Of a stretch of DNA of 64,000 bases, positions 42,001-53,027 are shown in pieces. The first letter of the stretch is position 1. Each line of letters begins with the position of its first letter. This DNA comes from an uncultured bacterium (GTDB taxonomy: Bacteria; Fidelibacterota; Marinisomatia; Marinisomatales; UBA1611), in contig CALSPG010000001.1 in the NCBI GenBank assembly GCA_943788175.1, forward strand, positions 224,001 through 288,000, read 5' to 3'. Position numbers and translations under genes: made by a program. Under the pieces are notes generated by a model. It saw only the letters and a program-made list of their open reading frames with translations, had not been told where the DNA came from and did not search any database.

Positions 42001-44039
42001 CTTCAAAATCTCCTGGTTTTTCCATAGTTAAAGAGGTGGTTACTTCCAATAAAAGATATGATTTAAAGAACAGAGCCATATTGCCAAGTTCAATTACTAA
42101 TAATAGATTAAGTTTCATTGTAAATGCTGCAAATTATAATACTCACAAGGACAAACAAAAGTTTAGATATAGAATAAAAGAAGTTTCCGAAAGTTGGAGC
42201 GAACCATCAAATAAATCTATTTTTGAATGGGTTCCGAAAAATGCCGGTTTATACACATTTGAAGTCCAATCAATTGATCGAGACTTAAATTATTCAAAAC
42301 CCGCTAGTATTTCATTTAATATTGATTATCCTTGGTATCGGGAGCCAAAAACTGCTTTCCCATTTTGGGGAATTATTATATTCATATTGTCTTTATCTGG
42401 TGTATCTACAAAAAATTATATAAAACAAAGAAGAGTAGCTTCAGTACTGAGGAGGGAGGCAGCAGAAAAAGATAGAATTGCTAGAGAACGATTAGAAGAA
42501 AAAAATACTGAGTTACAAGATTCTCAAAAAGAAGCAGAGGCAGCAAATGAGGCAAAGAGCACTTTTTTAGCAAACATGAGTCATGAATTAAGAACACCGT
42601 TAAATGCTATTATAGGTTATAGTGAAATGCTTATGGAAGATGCAGAAGATGAGAATGAGGATTTCATTCCAGATCTTGATAAGATAAATGGTTCTGGCAA
42701 ACATCTACTTGGATTAATTAATGATATCTTGGATTTATCTAAGGTTGAGTCTGGTAAAATGGAATTATATATTGAAGAATTCGATTTAAAGAAAATTGTT
42801 AGTGAGGTAGAGGCAACAATTAAGCCTCTCATTGACAAAAATAACAATAAACTTGTGATAAAGTACAATGCAGTTGAAGATAAAATGTCTGCTGACTTAA
42901 CTAAAATTAGACAAATACTACTTAATCTTTTGAGCAATTCAGCAAAATTTACAAAAGAAGGTACGGTTACAATATCTGTTGATAAATCTAAATCGATTAA
43001 AAATGCTATCGATTTTAATATATCAGATACTGGCATAGGGATGACTCCTGACCAGGTTGATAAGGTATTTAAACCATTTACTCAAGCAGATGAAAAAACT
43101 ACAAGAAAGTTTGGTGGAACAGGACTAGGGTTAACAATAACAAAAATGTTTGCAGAAATGATGGGAGGCGATATAAACCTCAAGTCCAAAGAAGGTGAAG
43201 GGACAACTTTCACTGCAACCATTCCACTAAAAGTTAAAGATTTAAAGGTATCGCAACCTGTTAATAATGGTGGAATAATTAAAGAAGATGATTCTGATTA
43301 TAAAGTTTTAGTCATTGATGATGATGATAATGCACAAGATATGATGAAGAAATTTTTAGAGAAGCAGAATGTTAGTATAATACAAGCTAAATCTGGTGAA
43401 GAAGGCTTAAAACTCGCAGCTGAACATTTACCTGATGCTATTACTTTGGATGTGATGATGCCTGAAATGGATGGTTGGGAAGTGCTCACAGCCTTACAAG
43501 CAAACGATGTTACTAAGAATATTCCAGTCATTATGCTTACTATGGCTGATGAACCTGATATTGGTTATTCATTAGGCGCAACTGACTATTTAACTAAACC
43601 TGTTAATTGGAATCAGTTATCAAATATTCTAAGTAATCACAAGATTGAATCGGCCTCGCAGACGATACTTATAGTTGAAGATGATGATACTACAAGGGAA
43701 ATGTTAAAAAAGAGCCTTACGGGCCATGATTTCAAGGTTAGAATAGCAACCAATGGTAAAGAGGGGCTTGAAAAAGTAAAAGATTCAAAACCTGGCTTAG
43801 TTCTTCTTGATTTAATGATGCCAGAAATGGATGGGTTTGAGTTTGCTGAGAAACTAAGAGAAAATAAAGATTGGTTGGATATTCCAGTTGTGGTTATAAC
43901 CGCAAAAGACCTTACTAGTGCAGATCACAAAAGACTAAAAGGGAATGTTGAAGCGATAATGCAAAAAGGTTCTTACAGCAAAAAAGAACTAATGTCTGAA
44001 GTTGGAAATAGAATTAAACTGTTAAAAAAACGGAGTTAG
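39093..44039 (+). CDS. hybrid sensor histidine kinase: beta-sandwich + carboxypeptidase-regulatory-like domains + Reg_prop propeller + Y_Y_Y + TM + HisKA + HATPase + 2 REC
   Basis: DGL..WxGT repeats; [37 protein letters not shown]; two LDxMMPEMDG receivers. Confidence 0.93.
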   Translation: MRFFIKNICIFFLLTVFLFADDNINNQIENDHRIRNFAFIGPFSKDFNSDSLAKSFSFKNIEIEKDLVINGSKFRFLKPPASNGSIGFHNIWHYYPEIQTEEVVLAISIVNSKTNQSITASIFNEWYCKATIYINGKIIYDPNSNVKSEFSRGLLKAGDNLVIVKIDAIREPGFNLVLYPETRAEVSGKVLDSFGKPVPYASVRLYELNEKRWVSGDANSKGEYTLNIFPANNEGEYNLFSSAGDDKKYFKLLNNIRPGDRKTLNIKVGPRPKIKGKILNLDDNGRQSGVVVQAVGLNSSGKEDKRQIFTSQSDVEGEFNFNNLPNSHNFLIRVHGEKDFIYYLDKNGNNKVFNLNKPNDSFESLKFNVSRTSRGTWSQITYTDGLTSNYSMSSVIDEENKFWFGTYTGISIYDGQEIKNITQYDGLPQSPVLSLYKDNNNKIWAAAADPFWKNEGGLVKFENEKIQKVFSDDDGFPYKNIRAISQDINNNMLIGGNGGLSIYDGNSFTNYSALDGIPFGYITDIMVEGINIWLGSLDGLVLYNGKKFRVYNKDDGLINQWVRCIKKGPKGNIWIGTRGGISIFDGTKFKNINRLQGLPNREINDIYFDDSGEAIITTQRGVYRYNSTTFVRLNPKMAGHDFGLRNVHQINRSSDGIYWFNDWSGSGIVKYDPRSIINTTFTDSFPKTSINDIEVDKNRNLWFGTANHGLIKVSENKIVKKLNRENGLRSNEVLAIDFDIYGNVWIATENALSKYDGREIKNYTVEDGLPSSNIRDLVADKRGFIWLATQKGVTRFDGLEAKNFDEKNGLTAQVSTGLHIAKGGPNDIIVFSIYNYGFSILKDGKFTNYGVSEGLPDPRISGVDIDSEGNIWLGSDGSGVIKFDGNNFKQYKREDGVANPEIWTLHVDDYDRVWIGTYGGGVGFYDGETWTTLDKRDGIVDNDISALTSFGGNVFWFGSGKGAGFSEYRPSKSPGFSIVKEVVTSNKRYDLKNRAILPSSITNNRLSFIVNAANYNTHKDKQKFRYRIKEVSESWSEPSNKSIFEWVPKNAGLYTFEVQSIDRDLNYSKPASISFNIDYPWYREPKTAFPFWGIIIFILSLSGVSTKNYIKQRRVASVLRREAAEKDRIARERLEEKNTELQDSQKEAEAANEAKSTFLANMSHELRTPLNAIIGYSEMLMEDAEDENEDFIPDLDKINGSGKHLLGLINDILDLSKVESGKMELYIEEFDLKKIVSEVEATIKPLIDKNNNKLVIKYNAVEDKMSADLTKIRQILLNLLSNSAKFTKEGTVTISVDKSKSIKNAIDFNISDTGIGMTPDQVDKVFKPFTQADEKTTRKFGGTGLGLTITKMFAEMMGGDINLKSKEGEGTTFTATIPLKVKDLKVSQPVNNGGIIKEDDSDYKVLVIDDDDNAQDMMKKFLEKQNVSIIQAKSGEEGLKLAAEHLPDAITLDVMMPEMDGWEVLTALQANDVTKNIPVIMLTMADEPDIGYSLGATDYLTKPVNWNQLSNILSNHKIESASQTILIVEDDDTTREMLKKSLTGHDFKVRIATNGKEGLEKVKDSKPGLVLLDLMMPEMDGFEFAEKLRENKDWLDIPVVVITAKDLTSADHKRLKGNVEAIMQKGSYSKKELMSEVGNRIKLLKKRS

Positions 44040-44043
44040 GCTT

Positions 44044-44403
44044 ATGTCAAAAATATTAATTGTTGAAGATAACGAGATGAATAGAGATATGCTATCTAGG
44101 CGTTTAGAGAGGAAAGGTTTTGAGGTAGTAATGGCAGAAGATGGTAAAAAAGGTGTAGATATGTCAAAAAGTGAAACCCCTGATCTGATATTAATGGATT
44201 TGAGTTTGCCAATAATGGATGGATGGGAAGCAACTTCAACAATTAAGTCAGAAGAAAGTACTAGAGACATCCCAATAATAGTCCTTACTGCTCATGCTAT
44301 GTCCGGTGATAGAGAAAAAGCGCTCGAAGCTGGGGCTGATGAGTACGATACTAAACCTATTGATTTCAAAAGGCTTTTAGGGAAAATTAAAGATTTTATT
44401 TAA
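44044..44403 (+). CDS. single-domain response regulator (DivK-like)
   Basis: ILIVEDN, ILMDLSLP, LTAHA, TKP. Confidence 0.93.
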   Translation: MSKILIVEDNEMNRDMLSRRLERKGFEVVMAEDGKKGVDMSKSETPDLILMDLSLPIMDGWEATSTIKSEESTRDIPIIVLTAHAMSGDREKALEAGADEYDTKPIDFKRLLGKIKDFI

Positions 44404-44434
44404 AAATATCATTTTTTAGAGTCCCTCTTTTATA

Positions 44435-46013
44435 ATGGATAAAAGAACACAAAATGCTTTTCTTGGGAAGGCAAGGCATAATCTCAAGAACCCCGTCAAT
44501 GCTATTCTTGGTTATAGTGAAATGTTAATTGAAGATTGTGAAGATGAAGGTTTTATTAGCTTGATACCAGATATAAAGAAGCTAAATCAGGCTGGTAATG
44601 ATATATTATCATCCATTGAAGAAATATTCAGTGATAAGGCACTGGCCGATTCAGAAAATTCAATATCTGGAATGGCTAAAGAAATGGAAATAGCACTCCG
44701 AACTCCTCTAAATACAATAATTGGATATTCTGAGCTTTTAATTGAAGAATCAGACAGTGTTACAATTGATAATTTTAAAACTGATATTGATAAAATAACA
44801 CAGTCAGGTAGGTTGTTAGAGGAGGAATTGAGAAGTATAATAAGTTTTGATTCTAAAAATATTAAAAAAATAGGAGATCAAAATTTAAACCACGGAAACC
44901 TTTCCATGGTGCAAGATGTTCTTGATAGTATAATTCCATTAGATCAAAAAGATAAAAAACCTAAAGATGACGGGGACTATTTTGGCCGTTGATGACAATA
45001 AAAACAATACTGATCTTCTTGATAAAAGATTAACGAAAAAAGGTCATGAGGTTTTTACAGCAAACAATGGTAAAGATGCTCTCCTGCGTTTGAGCATTGA
45101 TAGAAATCAAATAGATGTGATTTTATTAGATATTGTTATGCCTGAAATGAATGGTTTTGAGGTTCTAAAATATTTGAAAAATGACAAACGCTATTTTGAA
45201 ATACCTGTAATTATGATATCGTCAATGGATGACACGGATAGTATATATAGATGTATTGAAAATGGCGCTGATGACTACATTACAAAGCCATTTGACAAGT
45301 CAATACTTGATGCCAGAATTTCATCGTGTATTGAAAAGAAACACCTTAGAGATAAAGAAAAGGTTTTGATGAAAAAACTAGCTGAGGAACAAGAAAAGTC
45401 AGAAAACTTATTACTTAATATTCTTCCAGAAGATATAGCATATAGATTGAAATCTGGAGAAACAAATATAGCTACCAAGCATAAAGGTGTTTCAATTTTG
45501 TTTGCAGATATTGTTGATTTTACACCTCAGTCTAAAAATTTACAACCCAATGAACTAGTAGTTATATTAAATAAAATCTTTTCTTGTTTCGATGACTTAT
45601 CCTCAAAATTTAAAATAGAAAAAATTAAAACTATTGGAGATAGTTATTTTGCTGTCGGAGGACTAAACAGTGAATCACTAAAATCATCAAAAAATTTAAT
45701 TGAAATGGCAAAAGAAATGATAACAGAAATCGATGTTCTTAACAATGAAACAGAAAAAATGGACATCCAATTAAGAATAGGGATACATTGTGGTGATGTA
45801 GTAACGGGAGTAATTGGGAAGCATAAATTTGCTTATGATCTCTGGGGTTCTGCAGTAAATATGGCAAGCAGGATGGAATCAACTAGTCTCCCAGGTAAGA
45901 TCCAAGTAAGTGAAGAAGTAAAATTACTAGTTGCAGACAGTTTTAAATTTCAAAAAAGAGAAAAAATAAAAATAAAAGGACTAGGGTATATAAGTACTTA
46001 CTTTATTAAGTAA
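44435..46013 (+). CDS. tandem HisKA-like + receiver + class III adenylate cyclase; frameshift or gene boundary near 44965
   Basis: RHNLKNPVNAILGYSE and IALRTPLNTIIGYSE; ILAVDD/LLDIVMP receiver; FADIVDFT, KIKTIGD, YDLWGSAVNMASRMES (K/D pair consistent with ATP specificity). Confidence 0.85.
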
Positions 46014-46024
46014 TGAAATATTAT

Positions 46025-47098
46025 TTAAATGCTAATATTATTGATTATAGATATAATTAAAATACTAGAAAATCCTACAGTCGTTGCCGCAATAAGACCT
46101 ATATAAAAAGGTTTTATACCTAGTTCTTTAAAATTATCAAAAGAAGTATTAAAACCAACTGCAGCCATTGCAATGATTAAAAAGAATTCTGCAATTTTTT
46201 TAATAAAAACTATTGAATTTTTCCAAGTAGCTAAATATATCTCATTATCAAGAAAATAAAAATCACCTAATGATCTAATGCAACCAAAAACAATAAAACC
46301 TATTACAAAGTAAGGGAAAATAGCAGAAATTTTATACGATTTTTTTTGTACAGACATTGATTTATGAGCTAAATAGGGTATAACAATTACCATAAGCGTA
46401 TTTCTAATTAATTTTGTAACAGTCGCAACAGCAATAATATTTGGTTCTTCATATTGATCGCTGTAAATCATAGCAGATCCAGCTACTTGAGCTGTCTCAT
46501 GAATTGAACTACCAAGGAAAAGACCTGCTGAAACAATATCTTGAGAAAATAAAAAATGCGCAAATATTGGGTATAAAAACATTGCAAAGAGTCCAAAAAT
46601 TGTAATATTCGCAATTGCATAAGTAATTTCTGATTTTTTAGCTTTAATTGAAGGCGCTAAAGCCACAATTGCTGTAGCTCCACAAATACTGGTGCCGACA
46701 GCAATTAGCAATGATAGTTTTTCTGATATCTTAAGATTTTTTCGTAACACCTGAACTAAGAATATAGTAATGATAATGCACGGGATAACGACAATTAACC
46801 CTTTAGTACCATAACTAATTAAATCTATTAGGCTTAAACGTATCCCTAATAAAATAATTCCAATTTTTAGTAATACTTTTATACAAAAATCTAAACCAGG
46901 TTTTAGTGCATTAATAATCATTGAGTTGAAGTTTGCAATTGATATTCCAACTATAATGGCTATCATGATTGGTGATATTGGACTTTTTTCAAATCCAAGT
47001 AAATGTATTCCTAGATATTCAGATAGTTGAATTGATGTTATCGCAACTGTTATACAGGCTATAATACCAAATGCTTTACTCTTAAAACTTTCGGACAT
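46025..47098 (-). CDS. YeiH/UPF0324 putative sulfate exporter family membrane protein
   Basis: LLKIGIILLG, GTSICGATAI, SIHETAQV, TKLIRN. Confidence 0.88.
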   Translation of the reverse strand: MSESFKSKAFGIIACITVAITSIQLSEYLGIHLLGFEKSPISPIMIAIIVGISIANFNSMIINALKPGLDFCIKVLLKIGIILLGIRLSLIDLISYGTKGLIVVIPCIIITIFLVQVLRKNLKISEKLSLLIAVGTSICGATAIVALAPSIKAKKSEITYAIANITIFGLFAMFLYPIFAHFLFSQDIVSAGLFLGSSIHETAQVAGSAMIYSDQYEEPNIIAVATVTKLIRNTLMVIVIPYLAHKSMSVQKKSYKISAIFPYFVIGFIVFGCIRSLGDFYFLDNEIYLATWKNSIVFIKKIAEFFLIIAMAAVGFNTSFDNFKELGIKPFYIGLIAATTVGFSSILIISIINNISI

Positions 47099-47262
47099 TA
47101 AATATATATCCTATTATACATAATATATGTTATATGCCATTAAGATATCGAATTGTATGTTCTATTATATAAAATATATTTAATAACTAATATATCATAC
47201 AGTATAATTTTTAAGGACAAACTTAGATTTTTGATAGATAATATTTTTTAAGAAGTTAAATA

Positions 47263-47299
47263 AAACAAAAAAAGGAACACCTAAAGTCCCTTTTTTGTT
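47263..47299 (-). terminator. putative terminator downstream of the 47322..47855 gene
   Basis: Imperfect inverted repeat AACAAAAAAAAGG...CCTTTTTTGTT. Confidence 0.4.
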
Positions 47300-47321
47300 G
47301 ATATAGTTTTGTATTGGAAGT

Positions 47322-47855
47322 TTATTTTTCTGCCGCCTTAGCTTCTTCCTCTTTCATTTTTTGAATGCTTTTAATAATACTTGGAAGAGACTTTATCTCT
47401 TTTAAATCTTTAGTTAATTGTTCCTTTGATTGTTCCAAGTCAGCAAGTTTTTGTTTTGTTCGCCTAGCACTGCTTCGGACATCATCAGATAAGTCTTCAA
47501 GGTCATTTGTTACATTCTTAAAATTTCTTCCAGTCTCTCTTATAAAGTTATCTAACTTAAAGTCCACATCATCAATTAAACTGAGTAATGAATCGGTATT
47601 TTTGATTATCAGATCAGTATTGTCTATGATATCTATTTGTGCCTTTCGCAGGTGTTTACCTCTTCCAATAAATCTTAAATTGTATTGTCGAAGACTATCG
47701 GCAAATTGATCTTCAACTTTGTCCACAAGCTTTTGATCAATTGTATTGATTTCATCCATTCTTTTATTCAGCTCGTCTGCTAAATATTGAAAATATCCAG
47801 CCCCAAGAAAAAGAACGATAAGTAACCCAATGATAATTTTATCCGCATTTCTCAA
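47322..47855 (-). CDS. membrane-anchored coiled-coil protein
   Basis: N-terminal TM then heptad-rich helical region; TTG start with AAGGA RBS. Confidence 0.6.
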   Translation of the reverse strand: MRNADKIIIGLLIVLFLGAGYFQYLADELNKRMDEINTIDQKLVDKVEDQFADSLRQYNLRFIGRGKHLRKAQIDIIDNTDLIIKNTDSLLSLIDDVDFKLDNFIRETGRNFKNVTNDLEDLSDDVRSSARRTKQKLADLEQSKEQLTKDLKEIKSLPSIIKSIQKMKEEEAKAAEK

Positions 47856-47880
47856 TTTTTATTTCCTTTATTTATTAATG

Positions 47881-48222
47881 CTACTTTAAGCCTTCAAGCC
47901 GTTTTTCCCATTCACTCATAATTTCAGAATCTAAGTTTGATGACTGTTCATGATTTTCTTGAGTGTTTGGTTCACTAGATATTGAATCATTACCTTCCAT
48001 TAAAGTATGAATAATTTCAGCTCTCTTATCAGAGTTGCCTTTTACGGCCTCGGTTAGTTGACTGATCTCATCATTAAAATCATTAATGGTACGGTCGAGC
48101 CTCATAACCAGTTCATTAAATAATTCTTCTCCATAAGAAGAATTAATTCCTTCAAGTAGGTCATCTAGCTTTTCGTTTAGATAGCCTAAACGACTATCCT
48201 GATTGTTAAACTCTATACTCAC
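47881..48222 (-). CDS. hypothetical acidic helical protein
   Basis: 113-aa ORF in series with neighbours. Confidence 0.55.
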   Translation of the reverse strand: MSIEFNNQDSRLGYLNEKLDDLLEGINSSYGEELFNELVMRLDRTINDFNDEISQLTEAVKGNSDKRAEIIHTLMEGNDSISSEPNTQENHEQSSNLDSEIMSEWEKRLEGLK

Positions 48223-48302
48223 AATAGACTGTAAATTTATATAAACGAATGTATTTATGGGAGATTATTTTTATAAATTTTAATAATTTCATAAAACTGT
48301 AA

Positions 48303-48749
48303 TCATCTCCTCGTTTTTACTAGTTTCAATCCTCTCTTTTCAAGTGCATCTATTATGGGGAGAAATATTTTTTTCTGCAATCGATAAGGTAATTTATCAA
48401 CAGTTTTTATTTTTAAAATATCATCTGGATTGCCTATTCCAGATGTTACAATTTCATATTTCCCCATACCAACCACCACTACTAAATCATTGATATTAAT
48501 TGATAAAGCTAAAAAAACCTTTCCGGTATTTAGTTTAAATAATTTATAATCAGTTAATATGAACCCAGACTCAGGAGCGTAATGAATAATATCGTATTCT
48601 TGACTTTCTAGATAATCTTTGATAGTTGGCATGATATCTTTGATTGAACCATTATACTGAAAGTTTATATTCATTCGAGGTGGCTCAGGACAGGTTGAAA
48701 TCTTAATTGAGCCGAGCGAAATTATTAAAAGAGTAAATAATGCGCGCAC
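48303..48749 (-). CDS. hypothetical exported protein
   Basis: Signal-like N-terminus; SGFILTDY motif reminiscent of BamC-like domains. Confidence 0.5.
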   Translation of the reverse strand: MRALFTLLIISLGSIKISTCPEPPRMNINFQYNGSIKDIMPTIKDYLESQEYDIIHYAPESGFILTDYKLFKLNTGKVFLALSININDLVVVVGMGKYEIVTSGIGNPDDILKIKTVDKLPYRLQKKIFLPIIDALEKRGLKLVKTRR

Positions 48750-48756
48750 GAAAATT

Positions 48757-49929
48757 CTAGTTTATCAGTGTACCTATTCTATTCAATCTTGGAATCCATG
48801 TTTTTAAATCCAATGAGAAATACGCAAATAAAGCCTCTCCAAGAATAAATTTTTCTGGAATAAGTCCCCAATATCTTGAATCCAAACTGTCATCTCTATT
48901 ATCACCCATAGCCCAATAATAATCTTGTTTTACTTCGTATATCTTCCATTCATTTAATGGTTTACCATTGACTTCTAAAAACTCAAAATGACTATCTAAA
49001 ATTTTTGTCGACCATGGATTAATTAAATTACCTTCTCCCCAGCCAAAGTATGGGTCGAAAACAGAAGGATGGTCTTTTCTTCTATGCAATTCAAATGGAT
49101 CTTGAAGTGTAAAGTTATATGTTTTGGATTCACTTACAAGTTTGGCTGTATTCCCATCCATCATCATTATTGGGAGTAACTCACGCCAATTGGTATTTGT
49201 ATTAATCTCAAACTTGTCACCTTTTTTTGGTATCACTATTGGCCCCATATTATCTTTATTAATATTAGTTTCAGAACTTAAATATATTTCTCTTTGTTTT
49301 ATTGATCTTGGGATTTCCTTTTGGGAGAAAACAAAGTTTTCAGGAAGTTCTGTTAGAATGCCATTTATGTATACTTGTTTATGATTAATTATAATTGTAT
49401 CACCAGGGCCGGCAACACACCTTTTAACGTATTTAACGTATTTATCTCTGGGATATTTAAAAATTAAAACATCTCCGACTTCTGGAACTTTAAATCTTGG
49501 TAGCTGAAAAGAAGGTATAAAAAATCCGATATCAGTATATGGAATACCTACCCAATCAGGAGTTCTGAGGCCATATACAAAACGACTACCAATTAAAAAA
49601 TCTCCAGTCATAATTGTTTTTTCCATGCTCCCGGTAGGTACAATGTATGCTTCCAAGAGAGTTACTTTAACTGATAGAGCAATTAAGACAATAATAACAA
49701 TTGCCTTTAATTCAGATAAAAACTTTTTATTTCCGGTACTTAAGCCTGTAAGCGCAAATCCAATTGCACCTAGAAATATTTTTGAGGGCATACCATATCT
49801 CTCATTTAAAAAAAGAGAATAAATAAGGATAAGTACCCCTAAAGCTGCCATTACTTTATTTTTAATTTCGTAACCTAATAGTATCATTTTTTTATAATTG
49901 ATTTTAAAATTCTCTAAAGATTTAAACAA
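48757..49929 (-). CDS. lepB: signal peptidase I
   Basis: VPTGSMEKT (Ser), YVKRCVA (Lys), MGDNRDDSLDSRYWG. Confidence 0.95.
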   Translation of the reverse strand: MFKSLENFKINYKKMILLGYEIKNKVMAALGVLILIYSLFLNERYGMPSKIFLGAIGFALTGLSTGNKKFLSELKAIVIIVLIALSVKVTLLEAYIVPTGSMEKTIMTGDFLIGSRFVYGLRTPDWVGIPYTDIGFFIPSFQLPRFKVPEVGDVLIFKYPRDKYVKYVKRCVAGPGDTIIINHKQVYINGILTELPENFVFSQKEIPRSIKQREIYLSSETNINKDNMGPIVIPKKGDKFEINTNTNWRELLPIMMMDGNTAKLVSESKTYNFTLQDPFELHRRKDHPSVFDPYFGWGEGNLINPWSTKILDSHFEFLEVNGKPLNEWKIYEVKQDYYWAMGDNRDDSLDSRYWGLIPEKFILGEALFAYFSLDLKTWIPRLNRIGTLIN

Positions 49930-49981
49930 TCAGTTCCATATTTAACCATATAAAGCTTTAAGAATTTAAACCTGTCTTTTA

Positions 49982-50569
49982 TTATAAGATTCTACTTTTT
50001 TTATTTTTCATAGGTTTAAAAGTTAATCTATGTATCGGTGATGGATTGCAGTTTTTCAATGCATTTAAATGGAATTTAGTTCCGTAGCCTTTGTTGTTTT
50101 GAAAACCAAAATTAGGATATTGTAGTGCATAAGTTTCCATTAATTTATCTCTGCTTACTTTTGCATATATTGAAGCAGCCATAATACATTCTTCAGAATT
50201 ATCTCCTCCAACGATATTTTTATTAGGTAAATCGATATCTAGTTTATCTAATCCGTCAATTAAAACTAAATCAGGTCGTTTTTTTAAATTTTTTATCGCA
50301 TCTTTCATTGCTTGAATAGTAGCATTTCTTATATTAACCCTATCTATAGTAGAAGCTTCTATTGACGCGATGCCTATACTGATGGCTATTCGTTTTATTT
50401 TTATTGATAGCTCAATTCTTTTTTTTGCGCTTAGCTTTTTTGAATCATTAAGCCCAACAATATAATGTTTTGTTGGTAAAATCACAGCAGCTGCAACTAC
50501 TGGCCCAGCTAACGACCCTCTACCTACTTCATCCACTCCGCAAATATATTTTTTTAAATTTTGTATAAT
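49982..50569 (-). CDS. rnhB: ribonuclease HII; start probably upstream of GTG 50536
   Basis: YICGVDEVGRGSLAGPV, DSKKL, LIDG, AASIYAKVSRD, NKGYGT, HRLTF. Confidence 0.95.
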   Translation of the reverse strand: MIQNLKKYICGVDEVGRGSLAGPVVAAAVILPTKHYIVGLNDSKKLSAKKRIELSIKIKRIAISIGIASIEASTIDRVNIRNATIQAMKDAIKNLKKRPDLVLIDGLDKLDIDLPNKNIVGGDNSEECIMAASIYAKVSRDKLMETYALQYPNFGFQNNKGYGTKFHLNALKNCNPSPIHRLTFKPMKNKKSRIL

Positions 50570-50668
50570 GATTTTCTCTTAATTTTAAAATTTTAATTTC
50601 TTGATTGTCGTTCCCAAGTCTTTATTATAATATATGTTCTTAATTTAAATGAAACATTAGGTATAACA

Positions 50669-52246
50669 ATGGACAGAAAACAATCTGGGATAGTTTTTTT
50701 TGCAATAATAACATTTTTGCTTTACGCATTCGGTGTTGAATTATTTGAACAAGTCTGGAGTTTTCCTAAGATAAGGGAAATCCCTTTAATGGTATTGGCT
50801 TTAGTAGGGACAGGCGTTTTTGCCACTGTAAGACTCGGTTTTCCTCAACTAAAATATTTAAAACATGGAATTAATGTTACTGCTGGTAAGTATGATGACC
50901 CAGCTGACAAAGGTGACTTAAATCATTTTCAGGCATTGACAACAGCTCTTTCTGCAACTGTTGGTGTTGGAAATATAGCAGGTGTGGCAACGGCAATGTA
51001 TTACGGTGGACCAGGTGCATTATTTTGGATGTGGATTACTGCTTTTTTTGGCACTACTCTAAAATATGCGGAGTGCACTCTATCAGTCAAATATAGAGAA
51101 ATAAACTCTAGTGGTTTCACCGCAGGTGGACCTATGTATACGATTGAAAATGGCATGGGTAAAAAGTGGAAATGGCTAGCGATAGCTTTCGCAGGTTTCG
51201 CTATAATTTGTTCTTTTGCTACAGGAAATGCGATACAATCCTTTACTATCTCAGATCAAATTTATTCTGAATCTGTGCAACTTCTTGGTTCAGATCACTT
51301 TTTAAACTTAGATAGAACTTTATTTGGTATTATAAGTTTTAATTTTCAGCAAATATTCATTGGTATTATTCTAGCCACTGTTGTTGGTGCAGTAATTATT
51401 GGTGGTATAAAAAGGATTGGCCAAGTTACTGGCTACCTAGCACCAATTATGGCGGTAATATATGTATTAGCTTCTGTTTTAGTACTCGTCTATCATTCAG
51501 AAAAGATTGGCGAGTCTTTTTCACTTATTTTTAATGGCGTTTTTAATCCTACTGCTACTGTCATAGGAGCTGGAGGCGGCGCTTTAATGACAATGCTTAA
51601 TACTATGTTAATGGGTATTAAAAGGGGTCTTTATTCAAATGAAGCTGGGCAAGGAAGTGCTGCAATCGCACATTCTGCAGCAAAAACAAATTTTCCAGTA
51701 CGAGAAGGCGCCGTAGCAATGCTCGGGCCGTATATAGATACTATTATTATTTGTACTTTAACTGGTTTAGTAATTCTATGTACTGGTGCATGGAAACATA
51801 CTGAGTATTATGTAAGTATATCTGCTAGTTCTATTGAAGAATATAATAATGCAATAACTATAGGTATTTTTAGAGGTATGGATTTAATAAATGGAAGTCT
51901 CCTGACATCATTTGCTTTCAAAAATGGTTTAAGTTGGATTTTTAACTATGGAGATAAGATAATTACCCTATCTGTATTATTGTTCGCAACCTCTACTGCT
52001 ATTAGTTGGTCTTTTTATGGTGATAGAGCAACAGAATACCTCTTTGGTGAAAAGGCAATATATTGGTACCGCTTAGTCTATATCCTTTTTGTTTTTATAG
52101 GAGCAAATGCCGGGATAGAAACGGTTTGGGCGTTCGGAGATGCTGCCCTTGGATTTATGACATTCCCTAACCTTATATCAATAATTTTTCTTACTGGAGC
52201 ATTGAAAAAAATGACTCAAGAATATTTCAAAGTAAATAATGAATAA
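50669..52246 (+). CDS. alanine/glycine:cation symporter (AGCS family)
   Basis: ATVGVGNIAGVA, GGPGALFWMW, GGPMY, RGLYSNEAGQGS. Confidence 0.93.
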   Translation: MDRKQSGIVFFAIITFLLYAFGVELFEQVWSFPKIREIPLMVLALVGTGVFATVRLGFPQLKYLKHGINVTAGKYDDPADKGDLNHFQALTTALSATVGVGNIAGVATAMYYGGPGALFWMWITAFFGTTLKYAECTLSVKYREINSSGFTAGGPMYTIENGMGKKWKWLAIAFAGFAIICSFATGNAIQSFTISDQIYSESVQLLGSDHFLNLDRTLFGIISFNFQQIFIGIILATVVGAVIIGGIKRIGQVTGYLAPIMAVIYVLASVLVLVYHSEKIGESFSLIFNGVFNPTATVIGAGGGALMTMLNTMLMGIKRGLYSNEAGQGSAAIAHSAAKTNFPVREGAVAMLGPYIDTIIICTLTGLVILCTGAWKHTEYYVSISASSIEEYNNAITIGIFRGMDLINGSLLTSFAFKNGLSWIFNYGDKIITLSVLLFATSTAISWSFYGDRATEYLFGEKAIYWYRLVYILFVFIGANAGIETVWAFGDAALGFMTFPNLISIIFLTGALKKMTQEYFKVNNE

Positions 52247-53027
52247 AGGAGATAATCATATTTTTTTAGAAACGGCAATTTTTGCTGCAAAATCGGCAGC
52301 GACCGTTATCAATTCATCTTATAATAATTCTGTTAAAACTTACAAAAGCTTAACAGATCTTGTTACTCAAACGGATATTGATTCTGAAAAAAAGATTATA
52401 GAATTAATAAGTTCAAAATTCCCAGATCATAGTTTCTTAGCAGAGGAATCTGGAAAAAAATTGAAACCTTCCAAATTTACATGGGTTATCGACCCACTTG
52501 ATGGCACTACGAATTTTGTACATGGCTATCCCTGTTACGGAATATCTATAGCTTTGATGCACGAAAACGAAACTATAGTAGGTGTAGTGATTGAGTTGCC
52601 TATGAATAATATATATTTTGCGACAAATACTAGTTCGGCTTATTGCAATGATGATATTATCCAGGTCTCAAAAAATAAAGATCTTATTAATAGTCTTCTA
52701 GTTACTGGCTTTGGATATAACCATGGAGATAAATGGAATTTTAATATGGAACTATTTAAAAAATTTACAGATTTAACACAAGGAGTTAGAAGATCAGGAG
52801 CAGCGGCTGTTGATTTATGCCATACTGCATCTGGAAAAGTCGACGGATATTGGGAATTTGATGTTAAGCCTTGGGATTTGGCTGCCGGCGCTTTAATTGC
52901 TAAACAAGCTGGTGCAAAGCTAACAAATCTTAAAGGAGAAAAATTTTCAATTTTTGATAATGAAGTACTAGTATCAAATAACTTAATTCATTCCGAAATG
53001 GTTAATACTGTTCATAACCTTAGTTAA
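52239..53027 (+). CDS. suhB: inositol monophosphatase family protein
   Basis: DLVT, WVIDPLDGTTNF, RRSGAAA, PWDLAAG. Confidence 0.92.
   Translation: MNKGDNHIFLETAIFAAKSAATVINSSYNNSVKTYKSLTDLVTQTDIDSEKKIIELISSKFPDHSFLAEESGKKLKPSKFTWVIDPLDGTTNFVHGYPCYGISIALMHENETIVGVVIELPMNNIYFATNTSSAYCNDDIIQVSKNKDLINSLLVTGFGYNHGDKWNFNMELFKKFTDLTQGVRRSGAAAVDLCHTASGKVDGYWEFDVKPWDLAAGALIAKQAGAKLTNLKGEKFSIFDNEVLVSNNLIHSEMVNTVHNLS

Noticed and set aside
39626-43531. Several antisense ORFs of 77-143 aa inside the hybrid kinase, and similar ones inside other genes
   Set aside because: Shadow ORFs opposite well-supported genes, with no recognisable motifs.
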